NCBI GenBank assembly: GCA_018992685.1
Contig: JACVGT010000018.1
Span: forward strand, 224,001 to 288,000
Direction: 5' to 3'
Source of the DNA: Theionarchaea archaeon
Lineage (GTDB): Archaea; Methanobacteriota_B; Thermococci; Methanofastidiosales; SZ-28-30
DNA: 64,000 nt
The notes under the pieces are model-generated. The model was not told the DNA's origin and searched no databases. It was given only the letters and a program-made list of their open reading frames with translations. Positions 51,381 through 62,005 of the stretch are shown piece after piece; the stretch's first letter is position 1; the number at the start of each line of letters is the position of its first letter. Both the position numbers and the translations under genes were made by a program.

Positions 51381-53318
51381 ATGGATGATAAAACTGATAC
51401 AGTGATGGTGCCCCCCCAGGTAAAGGCTTTCCTAAAGCGGGGGGAAGATTTCGAATCATTCTGGGAACATGCTGCTGTCGCAGCCCAGGATGAGGTTCAC
51501 TGGTTCAAGCCATGGGACAAGGTAATCGACTGGACTGGACCCACTTTTTCCTGGTACCCTGGCGGAATTACCAACATCTGCTACAACTGTGTGGATGTGA
51601 ATGTGCTCAAAGGAAGGGCAGGGAGAGCTGCTTTTATCTATGAGAGTGGAGAAAAGAATGAGACCTGTGTAATCACCTATGGGCAGCTTTTGAAGATGGT
51701 TAACCAGTATGCTGCGTGTCTCCGGGGAATGGGTGTGAAAAAAGGTGACCCTGTTGCCATCTACATGCCCATGCGTCTTGAATCCGTGGTTTCCATGCTG
51801 GCATGCGCTCGCATAGGTGCCATTCATGTGGTGATCTTTGCTGGGTTTTCTGCCAAGGCGGTGGCCGATCGGATCAAGATCTCTGACACAAAATATGTCT
51901 TGACCCAGGATGAAGGATCCCGGAGAGGAAACCCTGTTCCTTTGAAGCCCACGGTTGATGAGGCTTTGAGACAGGTATCTGATCAGGTCGAAAAGGTTGT
52001 GGTGCTGCGAGCGAATCCTGATAACGGATACTCCATGAAAAAGGGAAGAGACATTTCATGGGAGGAGTTTCTCGCCCTTGGAGACGGTTCAAAAGGTGAT
52101 GTGGAGTATATGGAGGCAAATGAACCTCTTTTCATGCTGCCGACTTCGGGGACCACAGCTCTGCCAAAGGTCACTGTCCAGAATCATGGTGGATACCAGG
52201 TATATGTGTATTCCATGGGGAAATGGATCTACAAAATGAGAGAGAATGACGTGTGGTTCTGCACGTCGGATATCGGCTGGATTGTGGGCCACAGTTACAA
52301 TGTCTATGGCCCGCTGCTAGCAGGGTGCACTTCTGTCTTATACGAGGGAACCCCAGATTATCCCAAAAAGGACATGTGGTGGGACGTGCTTGACAGAAAC
52401 AAAGCAACAGCCTGGTGGGTCTCACCTACTGGAGTCAGAGGACTAATGCGATTGGGCAATGAACACGCCATTGCTCATGATATTTCCAGTGTAGAACGGG
52501 TCTTTTGTGCAGGTGAAGTGCTCAACCCTGCGGCATGGAGATGGCTGCAGGAGGAAGTGTTCCATGGAGAGATCCCGGTTATCGACCATATGTGGCAGAC
52601 AGAGACCTCAGGCCCCTTGATTGCCAATCCTTATGGACTAGGAATGTTACCCATAAAATCAGGATCTTCGGGGCTTCCTGTTCCGGGTGTAACGGTGGAC
52701 ATTGTTGATGAAATGACAGGAGAGTCGCTTCCTCGCGGGACCAAGGGAGTTCTGGTGGCCAAGAACCCGTTTCCTGGATTAACCCCCACGTTGTGGAGAA
52801 ACGAGGAAAGATATCTGGAAGAATACTGGAAAAAATTCGACCAGAAAAAGGTGTACTACTCGGGCGACGCTGCCTATGTTGACGAGGATGGGTACATCTG
52901 GTTTGTGGGTCGATCTGACGAGGTCATCAAGATCGCGTCTCACCGGATTGGAACAATTGAAATTGAGAATGCCTTGATATCCCACCCTGCAGTGGTGGAA
53001 GTTGGTGTCAGCGGCGTTCCTGATGAACTGCGGGGAGAGGTGGCCTGTGCTTTTGTGGTGCTGAGAAATGATGTGGATCCCCGTGAAGACCTGAAGAAAG
53101 AGCTTATTCAGCATGTCCGAAATACTATGGGTCCTATTGTAGTAATAAAGGATATTGAATTTGTTAATCAGCTACCCAAGACACGGAGCGGTAAGATTTT
53201 GCGGAGGGTCATGAAAGCACTATGGGTTTCCAAAGACCTGGGTGACTTGTCCACAATAGAAGAAGAAGCCTCTATCAAGGAAATTCGAGAAGCTGTAGAG
53301 AAAATGAGAGATCTCTAG
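51381..53318 (+). CDS. acs: AMP-forming acetyl/acyl-CoA synthetase
   Basis: ACARIGAIH.VIFAGFS, TSGTT, SDIGWIVGHSY, WQTETSG, GRSDEVIK, LPKTRSGKILRR. Confidence 0.88.
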   Translation: MDDKTDTVMVPPQVKAFLKRGEDFESFWEHAAVAAQDEVHWFKPWDKVIDWTGPTFSWYPGGITNICYNCVDVNVLKGRAGRAAFIYESGEKNETCVITYGQLLKMVNQYAACLRGMGVKKGDPVAIYMPMRLESVVSMLACARIGAIHVVIFAGFSAKAVADRIKISDTKYVLTQDEGSRRGNPVPLKPTVDEALRQVSDQVEKVVVLRANPDNGYSMKKGRDISWEEFLALGDGSKGDVEYMEANEPLFMLPTSGTTALPKVTVQNHGGYQVYVYSMGKWIYKMRENDVWFCTSDIGWIVGHSYNVYGPLLAGCTSVLYEGTPDYPKKDMWWDVLDRNKATAWWVSPTGVRGLMRLGNEHAIAHDISSVERVFCAGEVLNPAAWRWLQEEVFHGEIPVIDHMWQTETSGPLIANPYGLGMLPIKSGSSGLPVPGVTVDIVDEMTGESLPRGTKGVLVAKNPFPGLTPTLWRNEERYLEEYWKKFDQKKVYYSGDAAYVDEDGYIWFVGRSDEVIKIASHRIGTIEIENALISHPAVVEVGVSGVPDELRGEVACAFVVLRNDVDPREDLKKELIQHVRNTMGPIVVIKDIEFVNQLPKTRSGKILRRVMKALWVSKDLGDLSTIEEEASIKEIREAVEKMRDL

Positions 53319-56300
53319 CTTTCCTTTTTCCCTGATTGTTCATCTTCAGGGTGACTGGAAAGGAAGTGATCTGCACCTTGTAAAGCTACTAGGAGTTCCC
53401 TCACCACTGCGGTACGGGGATGTTCCTCACCAAGAACTCCTTTGAAGATACGATATGCCTCTTGAAAACATTCATGTGCCGCCCCGGGATTGCCCAGATC
53501 TCCGTAGACCATTCCAAAGTTTCTCAGATCTCGTGCTACCTTTGGATGTGTCTCTCCGTAGATCCTCTTATCAATGGACAGTGCTTCTTCGATATACTCT
53601 CGAGCCTTCTGAAGATCACCAAGATCACGCCAAACAGAGCCCATGTTGCTGAGCCTTAGAGCAACCTTTGGATGATTCTCACCGTATGTCACTCGGTCAA
53701 TGGCGAGGGCTTTCTCACCGCACGCAATTGCTTCCTCCAATTTCCCCACATCCTTCCAGACTGACCCTATGTTATTGAAAGCCGTCGCAATCCTAGGATG
53801 ATCTTCTCCATATACCTCTTTAGTAATAGACAGGGACTCTTCAAAGTAGTGTAGAGCTTTCTGCGGATTGCCAAGGCTTCTCCAGGCAAGGCCGAGACTG
53901 TTGAGTGCAAGGGCAATACTGGGATGCCTCTCATGGTATGTCTCTTGAACAATTGATAGTGCTCTTTCGTAGTATTCGAGGGCTCTTTTTGGATTGCCAA
54001 GATCTCTCAAAGCTCCTCCAATGTTATTGAGCCTTGATGCCACCCTGGGATGCTTCTTCCCGTAAACCTCTTCATCAATTGACAGTGCTCTTTCGTAGTA
54101 TTCGAGGGCTCTTTTTGGATTGCCAAGATCTCTCAAAGCTCCTCCAATGTTATTGAGCCTTGATGCCACCCTTGGATGCTTCTTACCATATATTGCTTCA
54201 TCGATTGATAGAGCGCTCTCGAAGTAGTGTAGAGCTTTCTGTGGATTGCCAAGGCTTCTCCATGCAAGGCCGAGATTGTTGAGTGCATGGGCAATAGCGG
54301 GATGCCTCTCATAGTATGTCTCTTGAACAATTGACAGAGCCTTTTCATGGTATTCGAGGGCTCTTTTTGGATTGCCAAGATCTCTCAAAGCTCCTCCAAT
54401 GTTATTGAACCTCAGAGCTACCCTGGGATGCTTCTTCCCGTAAACCTCTTCATCAATTGACAGTGCTCTTTCGTAGTATTCGAGGGCTCTTTTTGGATTG
54501 CCAAGACCCTTCAAAGCTCCTCCAATGTTATTGAGCCTTGATGCCACCCTTGGATGCTTCTTACCATATATTGCTTCATCGATTGATAGAGCCTTTTCGT
54601 AATACTCAAGGGCTTTCTGCTGATTGCCGAGGCTCTTCAAAGCTGCACCAATGTTGTTGATGAGTGTTGCTACTTTGGGATGCCTTTCCCCGTACATCTC
54701 TCTATCGATTTCCAGTGCCTTCTCATAATACTCAAGGGCTTTCCTCGAGTCACCCAAGATCCTCCAGATCAGTCCCAAGCTATTATAAAGTGATGGAATC
54801 TGTTCTTTTCCCGCTTCACCTTCTTCTTCTGCGATGGAGAGCGCTTCTACTAGATACAGGAGAGCTTTCTGTGACCTACCAAGATTTCTCCAGACAGAGG
54901 CCAAGTCCTGAAGGTCTTTTCCCACTTCAAGATGCCTTTCTCCATATATCTCTTTGTCAATGGAGAGAGCTTTTTCATAGTATTCAAGGGCTTTTTTCAG
55001 ATTGCCGAGATCCATCCAAGCTCCTCCAAGACCACTGTATGCAAGAGCCGTTTCTGAGTGCTTTTCTCCATATAGCCCAAGGGCAATGGCAAGAGCTTGT
55101 TCAAAATGCTCAATCGCCTTTTTCGGGTTCCCCGTATCTCCATATACCTCGCCGAGTTCGCACAAGAAAACTGCAAAGTGACCGTCTCTTTTTGGTGATG
55201 ACAGTCCAGAGAGAATAGAAGTCCCTTCACTGAGGGCTTTCTCAAAGGCAAAGGAGTCTCTCAACTGTGATAAGAGTTTCCCTCCCTCTTCAACAGCAAT
55301 GTCCTGCATCCCACTTTCAAGAGCATGATGAACGAGTTCTGAAGCGCATATTGCATCAAAATGGTCTCTTGATGACAGAATCTTCTTGTAGTATTCTACA
55401 GCAAGCTGATGACAGGATCTTCTTTCCTGGTTCGAGATATCAGAAAAAATCCTGCCACGGAGAAGAGGTGACACCCAGTAGTACAGTGAGTCTTCAGCCC
55501 CCCGTCTATCTTGCTCCATCAGACTGAGTTCGACGCCTAACCTCAAAAACGAATCCCATCCGCTTATGCTCCTGCACACAATCCCTATCCCTTCCTTTGT
55601 AACAGGGACACCATACACGGATGAATATTTCACTGTTTGCTGGAATCCTTCGGACTGCTTGTTCATTATTTCCTCCAAGAGTAATCCCTGGACAAATTCG
55701 TCTTCCTTGTCTTTGACTGCCAAAAGCAGGGGTTCCACATCCAGGTTTTTCTCTACTTCCAGTAGCATGTCCAAAGCTTCCATGAGTCGGGGGTTTCCTC
55801 TTCCGGTTTCTATTAGCATTTCACGGGTTTTCAGATCAGGATAACTGGCTATGGACTTTAGTCCTGCGATCTTCTTTTTCTCGTCAGCTCCCCTGAAACT
55901 TGTCAATCCAATCAGCTCCAGCTGTTCCTGTACCAGGTCTCGGTCATTGTCCACCAAAGGGAACACGTATCGACAGGTGATGACGATCTGACTCATTTTG
56001 GAAGCATACGGCAGATTCCTGAGCAGCGCCCTCAGAATAGGAGCTGCTTCGCAGGAAATGACAGCTCCTTGTCCAATCCTTTTCAGATTCTTCTCAAAGT
56101 CGTCGAGCAATATGAAGTAATTATTGTCCTGAAAAGAAGAAAAGCACAGTCTCATGACCTTGTCCAGAAAGTCCTCTTTTTCTCGTAATATTTTCAGCCC
56201 ATTCTTGTCTTCTGCTCTCATGAAGCCATGTTTCACAGCTTCCAGAAAAGTCAATTCGTTGAGGTTCCCATGGACAACGATGAGGACGTGATCTTTGAGC

Positions 56301-57430
56301 CTTTCGCACAACTTGCCTGCGAGGCAGCTCTTTCCCAATCCCCCAGTCCCATGCAGCAAGAGCCCAATTTTTTCCTCATTCTCCCTCAAACATCTGATTC
56401 CTCTCTGGATTTGTCTCCTCCTTCCAATGAACCCTTTTTTCAGGACTCTTACTTGACTGTTCTCCAGATACCTGTACTGAATCTCCCGTTTTCTCGTTCT
56501 TCGCTTTTGGCCCTTTTTCACTACTGGAATATCCAGTGGAGTTCCGTCAGAAAAGAGCCTAAGCAAAGGCCAATCCGGCAATCCCCGTCGGAACAGCTCA
56601 CGACGAATAGAAAATGCTGCATCAAGGACAGATCTTCCTCTGGACAATTCAAAGTACAATTTCTCTGCAGCAAGAATTGCCCCAGCATCTGACACTGGTC
56701 GTGCCCAGCCCAGAACAAGTGAACTGTGATCCAGGACAAGTTGATGAGCAAAAGATGCACTTGTATAATATGACATCTCTGCTGTATGACATGCAGAAAG
56801 AAAAATCAATCGAGGCTGGCTGAAACTCTGGGACAGCGCATTCCATAAATCCGAGGGGTACACCTTGTCCGGGCATCCCACTTCATCCTCCATCCAGAAA
56901 AAAGGCCCTCTGTCATCAATTCCGGCATGTCCAGAGAGATGGATGACGTCATACTCGGTTCTGCTGCAACACTCCCTGAATCCTTCCAGAGAGCCTGTAT
57001 CCTCCACATCCATGACAATGGGGAGCATCTTGGTAACTTCAAAGATCGTTTCCTCCTCTTTCTCAAATTCCAGGACAGGCAGTATGCCATCAGGAGAACA
57101 CGCCATGAATAAAGTCCTGAGAGGACGATTCTGTGACCTCAGTCTCTTCTTTTTTCCCCAATCTGAAACTCTATAGACGAGGTCGATCTTGGAAGGAACC
57201 AGGAATTCAGAATCATACAACAACTCAAAGGGTAATCGGGGAAGATCTCCTGTCCTCACAGAAAGCTGAAGATGCTCGCCACGAGCATCTGCATCATCTA
57301 GAGCACATTCCAGTGTGTTGTCACAGTTCAGAAGACTGAACATGGCCTCACCCAACTCGCGGGAAACACGTTCAGATTCGTGCCACGCGGTGTACTGACA
57401 CAGACTTTCGATGTGAGAAATCTCTTCCAA
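53315..57430 (-). CDS. CHAT (caspase-like) protease - STAND-type NTPase - TPR repeat protein
   Basis: CHAT dyad HLSGHAG and FLSAC; Walker A GTGGLGKS, Walker B ILLDDFE, GNPR; about 14 TPR units of 42 aa. The true start may be upstream (~57523). Confidence 0.88.
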   Translation of the reverse strand: MEEISHIESLCQYTAWHESERVSRELGEAMFSLLNCDNTLECALDDADARGEHLQLSVRTGDLPRLPFELLYDSEFLVPSKIDLVYRVSDWGKKKRLRSQNRPLRTLFMACSPDGILPVLEFEKEEETIFEVTKMLPIVMDVEDTGSLEGFRECCSRTEYDVIHLSGHAGIDDRGPFFWMEDEVGCPDKVYPSDLWNALSQSFSQPRLIFLSACHTAEMSYYTSASFAHQLVLDHSSLVLGWARPVSDAGAILAAEKLYFELSRGRSVLDAAFSIRRELFRRGLPDWPLLRLFSDGTPLDIPVVKKGQKRRTRKREIQYRYLENSQVRVLKKGFIGRRRQIQRGIRCLRENEEKIGLLLHGTGGLGKSCLAGKLCERLKDHVLIVVHGNLNELTFLEAVKHGFMRAEDKNGLKILREKEDFLDKVMRLCFSSFQDNNYFILLDDFEKNLKRIGQGAVISCEAAPILRALLRNLPYASKMSQIVITCRYVFPLVDNDRDLVQEQLELIGLTSFRGADEKKKIAGLKSIASYPDLKTREMLIETGRGNPRLMEALDMLLEVEKNLDVEPLLLAVKDKEDEFVQGLLLEEIMNKQSEGFQQTVKYSSVYGVPVTKEGIGIVCRSISGWDSFLRLGVELSLMEQDRRGAEDSLYYWVSPLLRGRIFSDISNQERRSCHQLAVEYYKKILSSRDHFDAICASELVHHALESGMQDIAVEEGGKLLSQLRDSFAFEKALSEGTSILSGLSSPKRDGHFAVFLCELGEVYGDTGNPKKAIEHFEQALAIALGLYGEKHSETALAYSGLGGAWMDLGNLKKALEYYEKALSIDKEIYGERHLEVGKDLQDLASVWRNLGRSQKALLYLVEALSIAEEEGEAGKEQIPSLYNSLGLIWRILGDSRKALEYYEKALEIDREMYGERHPKVATLINNIGAALKSLGNQQKALEYYEKALSIDEAIYGKKHPRVASRLNNIGGALKGLGNPKRALEYYERALSIDEEVYGKKHPRVALRFNNIGGALRDLGNPKRALEYHEKALSIVQETYYERHPAIAHALNNLGLAWRSLGNPQKALHYFESALSIDEAIYGKKHPRVASRLNNIGGALRDLGNPKRALEYYERALSIDEEVYGKKHPRVASRLNNIGGALRDLGNPKRALEYYERALSIVQETYHERHPSIALALNSLGLAWRSLGNPQKALHYFEESLSITKEVYGEDHPRIATAFNNIGSVWKDVGKLEEAIACGEKALAIDRVTYGENHPKVALRLSNMGSVWRDLGDLQKAREYIEEALSIDKRIYGETHPKVARDLRNFGMVYGDLGNPGAAHECFQEAYRIFKGVLGEEHPRTAVVRELLVALQGADHFLSSHPEDEQSGKKES
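53837..54592 (-). repeat. Near-identical tandem duplication of a 378-nt block (3 x 126-nt TPR units)
   Basis: TCGATTGATAGAGC at 54201 and 54579, 378 nt apart; the protein block ALSIDEAIYGKKHP...ALHYFE occurs twice. Confidence 0.9.
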
Positions 57431-57776
57431 ATCAAGAGGGATTGTTGAATGGCTGCTGTCAGGCAGACCCCAGGTTAAGAACAGGTTCCCATTCTCACGA
57501 TGAAAGACAGCTTCATATCCTATGACTATCCCCTCCTCCTACCGATACTATTCGTTCAGGTCGTCCTCTGCGGCTCTATTTTCCTAAAATCGCTCCGCAA
57601 GTCTCTGTATTTCGCTGCACATTGAATATTGTGATTATAGTAAGAACGTGTCTTTTAAGGTTTATGGAAGAGAAAGAACAGGGACAGAGATGTGCTTCTC
57701 TCTCCCGGTGCGGAACCTACGTTGTTTGCGAACATTCAGATGAAGAGTACAGGTCAGATTCATACAGGACGAAGTA

Positions 57777-58934
57777 TCATAACCCTCTTTCTTTGTAGAT
57801 TTCCCTCTGTATCAGGAAGCGAAGAATCTCAGCAGTTCCTCCTCCAATCATCATCAATCGGGAATCTCTCAGGAACTGTTCTGTTCGGTAGTTCTTGGTG
57901 TACCCATTTCCGCCCAGAACCTGCAATGCCTTGTGTGCAACCTCAAAAGAGGCTTCCGTTGCAAAGATCTTGGCCATTGCAGCCTCCTTGGTGATTTTCA
58001 TGCCCCTATCATACATGCGGGCAGCTTTCAGTGTCAGCAAGCGGGCAGCCTCAATCACCGTGGCCATCTCTGCAATCTTGAAGGAAACACCTTCAAAGTA
58101 CTTTATTGGCCTGTCAAACTGGATTCGTTCAGTGGACCACTTCACTGATTCTTCAAAAGGAACTCTACAGTATCCCACAGCCTCTGCAGCTATTGCTGTC
58201 CTTTCAGAGTCCAGTTCATCCATCAACACTCTGAATCCTCTGTTTTCTTCGCCTATCAGGTTCTCTGCAGGAATCCGGCAGTTTTCAAACTTCAACTGAG
58301 AAACTCTGGCGCCTGCCATTCCCAGCATCCAGTGGTCCTCAACTACACTGAACCCTGTTGTATCTGTGGGAAACAGAAAAGCCGACATGCCATCCTTGGG
58401 ATGCACATCAGGGTTTGTGATGGCAAATAAGCAGATGTAGTCTGCCTGGGAACCATTAGTTATGAACTTCTTCTGTCCATTGATGACATACTCATCCCCT
58501 TCTTTCACCGCCCTGGTTTTCATTCCTGCAGTATCTGATCCCACGTCAGGCTCTGTAATGCCAATTGCACCGATCTTCTCACCTCTGATCACAGGTGCCA
58601 GGTATGTCTGCTTCTGTTCTTCTGTGGCAAATCGTCTCATGGGCGCACCAAACAAGGTTACAGATGCCATCCTGCCCATATCCATGGCAGGACTGACGGC
58701 CGAAAGCTCTTCGCAGACTATAATCTCCGTTGATAGTCCCTTGCCGGAACCACCATATTCAGGAGGATGAAAAACAGCCAGATATCCAGCATCGCCCATT
58801 TTCTTGATTAAATCCCTAGGATACCGATTATTCTCTTCGATATCTCGCGCATGAGGGGCAATTTCCGCATCGATAAATTCTCTCAACTCCTTGCGGAATG
58901 CATTTTCTTCTTCAGTGAAAAAGACGTCATTCAT
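57777..58934 (-). CDS. Acyl-CoA dehydrogenase
   Basis: PPEYGG, GITEPDVGSD, INGQKKFITNG, RIQF, ALQVLGGNGY, IGGGTAEI. Confidence 0.93.
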   Translation of the reverse strand: MNDVFFTEEENAFRKELREFIDAEIAPHARDIEENNRYPRDLIKKMGDAGYLAVFHPPEYGGSGKGLSTEIIVCEELSAVSPAMDMGRMASVTLFGAPMRRFATEEQKQTYLAPVIRGEKIGAIGITEPDVGSDTAGMKTRAVKEGDEYVINGQKKFITNGSQADYICLFAITNPDVHPKDGMSAFLFPTDTTGFSVVEDHWMLGMAGARVSQLKFENCRIPAENLIGEENRGFRVLMDELDSERTAIAAEAVGYCRVPFEESVKWSTERIQFDRPIKYFEGVSFKIAEMATVIEAARLLTLKAARMYDRGMKITKEAAMAKIFATEASFEVAHKALQVLGGNGYTKNYRTEQFLRDSRLMMIGGGTAEILRFLIQREIYKERGL

Positions 58935-59054
58935 AATCTCACCCATTCTTCCTGTTGAAATCGCCTTAAATAGGTTTGGGATACTCTGTCTACAGTAGAA
59001 ATTCATCCGATGTCGCTCGCTACACACCCTTCCACACCACAAGGGGCACAGTCA

Positions 59055-59798
59055 TCATTTTTTCCCGATAAAAATAGCATATCCAACTTTTTTCTCCTCA
59101 ATCAACCGTTCTCCTTCTTTAATCAGATCAGTAAACTCCTTCTCGTCCACGATAGTATCCTGCAGAAATATCTTTGAAAAAAATCTCAACTTAGACCATT
59201 TCTTCTTCAACTTGTCGTATTGTTCCTCTGCAATCTCTGATCTATCAATACCTTTGACTGATTTAAATCCTGCTTCCTGGAATAATTCTACATATTCAGG
59301 GATCGAAGGGGAACTGAACAAACAGGTTAATTCTCGAAATTTCCTCTCCGTCTGCTTAGGAATATCATGAATAATCACTCCAGAGAAAACCACTGTCCCA
59401 TGGGGACGCAACACTCGATACACTTCTTTCAACACGTTCAGTCGATCAGGAAAAAGACAGATGGTCATCTCGCACAGGACAACATCAAACATGTCTTCCA
59501 GAAAGGGTAGGTCATAGGCAGAGGCATTCTTGAAGAAGACCCTTTTCAGCAGACGGAGCTTTCGGGCCTTTTTTGTGCCTTCCCTTATTTTTTCGGGGGA
59601 AATGTCTACAGCGTACACCTTGGCCCCAGATTCTTGAGCCAGGAAAATGACACTGTCTCCTTCTTCGCATGCCAAGATTAGAACATCAGTATCCCTGTCA
59701 ATGCCTGCCAGTTGAGCAAGTTCAGATGTGAGTTTCAACCCGCCTGGATGGAACACATCTCCGAGCACCTTGTCTATGAATCCTTTTCCTACACCCAT
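59055..59798 (-). CDS. Class I SAM-dependent methyltransferase
   Basis: HPGG, AVDIS, LPF..FDVV, EVYRVLRPHG; motif I is degenerate (LACEEG). Confidence 0.8.
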   Translation of the reverse strand: MGVGKGFIDKVLGDVFHPGGLKLTSELAQLAGIDRDTDVLILACEEGDSVIFLAQESGAKVYAVDISPEKIREGTKKARKLRLLKRVFFKNASAYDLPFLEDMFDVVLCEMTICLFPDRLNVLKEVYRVLRPHGTVVFSGVIIHDIPKQTERKFRELTCLFSSPSIPEYVELFQEAGFKSVKGIDRSEIAEEQYDKLKKKWSKLRFFSKIFLQDTIVDEKEFTDLIKEGERLIEEKKVGYAIFIGKK

Positions 59799-59863
59799 GA
59801 CGATCTCCTTCCTATTAGAATATAACTATATTAACCTTTTCCCTCATTTTAGGTTTCTTGTGT

Positions 59864-60511
59864 CTACCATTGCTCTCTTCGTCTCTTTCTAAAGACAAAC
59901 ACCAGAATTGCTCCTGCAACAAAGCCTCCAATATGAGCAAAGAACGCTACCCCACCTGAGCTGGTATCTCCCAGAGATAAGACTCCACTGAAAAATTGGA
60001 GCACAAACCAGGAAACCAGGACAAGGACAGCGGGCACTCTCACATACATGTACCCCAGTAAAGCATCAATACGTTCACGGGGATACAGCACCAGGTAGGC
60101 TCCCAGTACGCCAGCGATGGCACCCGAAGCTCCCAGGTTGGGGATCTGAGAAGAGGGATCCCTAAGAATCTGGGCAAAAGAAGCTATCAACCCACATAAG
60201 ACGTAGAATCCAATAAACCGCATGTGTCCTATACTGTCTTCCACATTGTTCCCGAAAATATGAAGGTACAGCATATTGAACAGAATGTGGGCAACCCCTC
60301 CATGTATGAACATGGCTGTCAGCAGGGTATACAACCTGTCTCCCCTCACGATATAGTACGGTACAATGGCGAAATTCTCATAGAACCATTCAAGATTCCC
60401 GGTAAAATCCAGGTACAGTTCCAGGATGAAGACCACAATATTCACAGCAATTATGCCATACGTAATGGCAGGAAAAATTCTCGTAGGGCGAAAATCGCGA
60501 ATCGGGAGCAT
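59864..60511 (-). CDS. Rhomboid family intramembrane serine protease
   Basis: MFIHGG..HILFNM, GASGAI, AHIGGF. Confidence 0.92.
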   Translation of the reverse strand: MLPIRDFRPTRIFPAITYGIIAVNIVVFILELYLDFTGNLEWFYENFAIVPYYIVRGDRLYTLLTAMFIHGGVAHILFNMLYLHIFGNNVEDSIGHMRFIGFYVLCGLIASFAQILRDPSSQIPNLGASGAIAGVLGAYLVLYPRERIDALLGYMYVRVPAVLVLVSWFVLQFFSGVLSLGDTSSGGVAFFAHIGGFVAGAILVFVFRKRRREQW

Positions 60512-60530
60512 ACGATACTTTGGCGACAAC

Positions 60531-61184
60531 CTATTTAAACATTTTGGATTCCAATATCCTACGAGAAAACTGGAAAAGACTTATATGGACTCCACCGGTT
60601 GCACAGACTCCTTCCCTGATTCTGGCTATAACTTCGTGTGGGGTAGAGGCTTCAACCTCGGTATAAGCCTTTCCCACGAAGTTGATGGTATGGGCATCGC
60701 TCCCCCCGATTCCGGGAATGTGTAATGTTGCAGCTGCAGCATGTGCGCTCCTGTTGGCAAAGGGGAACACAGTAGACCCGTTGAAGGTCTCAACGGCAGT
60801 CCAGGTGTAGTCAAAGACATGATCACCTATCCCGTGCCTGAAATGATCAAAGGGGTGGGCGGGCGAAAGTACAACATCTGCGGATTGAGCTTTGGAGATG
60901 TAGTATGACAGCGGCTTGAGAATATCGAACTCTCCCAGTACGGTGCTGTTTTCAGGCGTTGTATACATGAGCAAGTGGCCCACCTGGGACGTAACCTCAA
61001 TTCCAGGAATATATACCATCCCATATTTTCCTGCAAGTGTTTCATAATCTTCAGCACTGCCAGGTGTATCATGGTCTGTTATGGAAAATCCGTCCATCCC
61101 TCGTCGAGACATGACAGCCACCATCTCTTCAGGAGATGCTGTGCCATCACTGACAGTAGTATGAACGTGAAGATCAAGCTTCAT
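60531..61184 (-). CDS. PHP-domain phosphoesterase
   Basis: DLHVHT, SDG, ITDHD, PGIEV, AHP, GGSDAH. Confidence 0.9.
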   Translation of the reverse strand: MKLDLHVHTTVSDGTASPEEMVAVMSRRGMDGFSITDHDTPGSAEDYETLAGKYGMVYIPGIEVTSQVGHLLMYTTPENSTVLGEFDILKPLSYYISKAQSADVVLSPAHPFDHFRHGIGDHVFDYTWTAVETFNGSTVFPFANRSAHAAAATLHIPGIGGSDAHTINFVGKAYTEVEASTPHEVIARIREGVCATGGVHISLFQFSRRILESKMFK

Positions 61185-61825
61185 GAGATCACGAAGATTG
61201 TCATTATCAGCCCTGAAAGCACGGGTACAAAGAAATTGTCATCTATGATGGCTCTCCTGACAATGGAACCCCCTCTTGACTTTTCAAACGGTAGCGTCTC
61301 AACGAGTGCGCCACAGACACACCCCAGGAGCGCAATGGTACCCAGGTACCCGGGAGCAGTACTTTTCAATCCGGTAAAGGTTATATAGTGAGTAAGGATC
61401 ATCAGGACAACGAGCGTGCTCAGGAAACTGCATGCGATAAACCCTGCAGTACCTTCAATGGATTTTTCTGAGAACGGGTACTTGTGCCTTCCCACATTTC
61501 TACCCACAATAGTTGCAAATCCATCGCCAAAAGCCATGATAGCAAAGGAAGCTGCCGCGATATACGGTGGATAAAACCCTACACACACCATTACTGACAG
61601 AATGTAGATCAAGGGTCCCATCAAATATCCGTGGGTGTAGTCTTCCTGTCTGGCCATGGCATCGAAAGCAGCTTTCCATCGATGCTCTCTGAATACAAAG
61701 AGAACCAGTAACAGGAAAATCAGACAGATGAACAGAGCAGAATAGCGGGTGACAACCAGGGGGAAAAATGCCCATAGACCCATGCAAATGTGGATGGCTT
61801 TCCTCTTGTATTCTTCTCGTTCCAT
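61181..61825 (-). CDS. Phytol/dolichol kinase (SEC59/DGK1/VTE5-type) membrane protein
   Basis: RKAIHI, FGDGFATIVG, KSIEG, DDNFFVP. Confidence 0.8.
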   Translation of the reverse strand: MEREEYKRKAIHICMGLWAFFPLVVTRYSALFICLIFLLLVLFVFREHRWKAAFDAMARQEDYTHGYLMGPLIYILSVMVCVGFYPPYIAAASFAIMAFGDGFATIVGRNVGRHKYPFSEKSIEGTAGFIACSFLSTLVVLMILTHYITFTGLKSTAPGYLGTIALLGCVCGALVETLPFEKSRGGSIVRRAIIDDNFFVPVLSGLIMTIFVIS

Positions 61826-62005
61826 GCATGGAAATTTCAAATGGCTATTTAAGTGTTATGGGTGTCAAACATGGTAATAGGTCAATCGAAGTGAAATGAG
61901 GGGGTAAATAATTCTTTCTCTAAAAAATGACTGAGGAGGAAATAAGTACAAAGTTTCATGGGCCTTTGAAAGGTCATCTTTCTCAAGAGTGAGTGTGAGA
62001 AAAGG

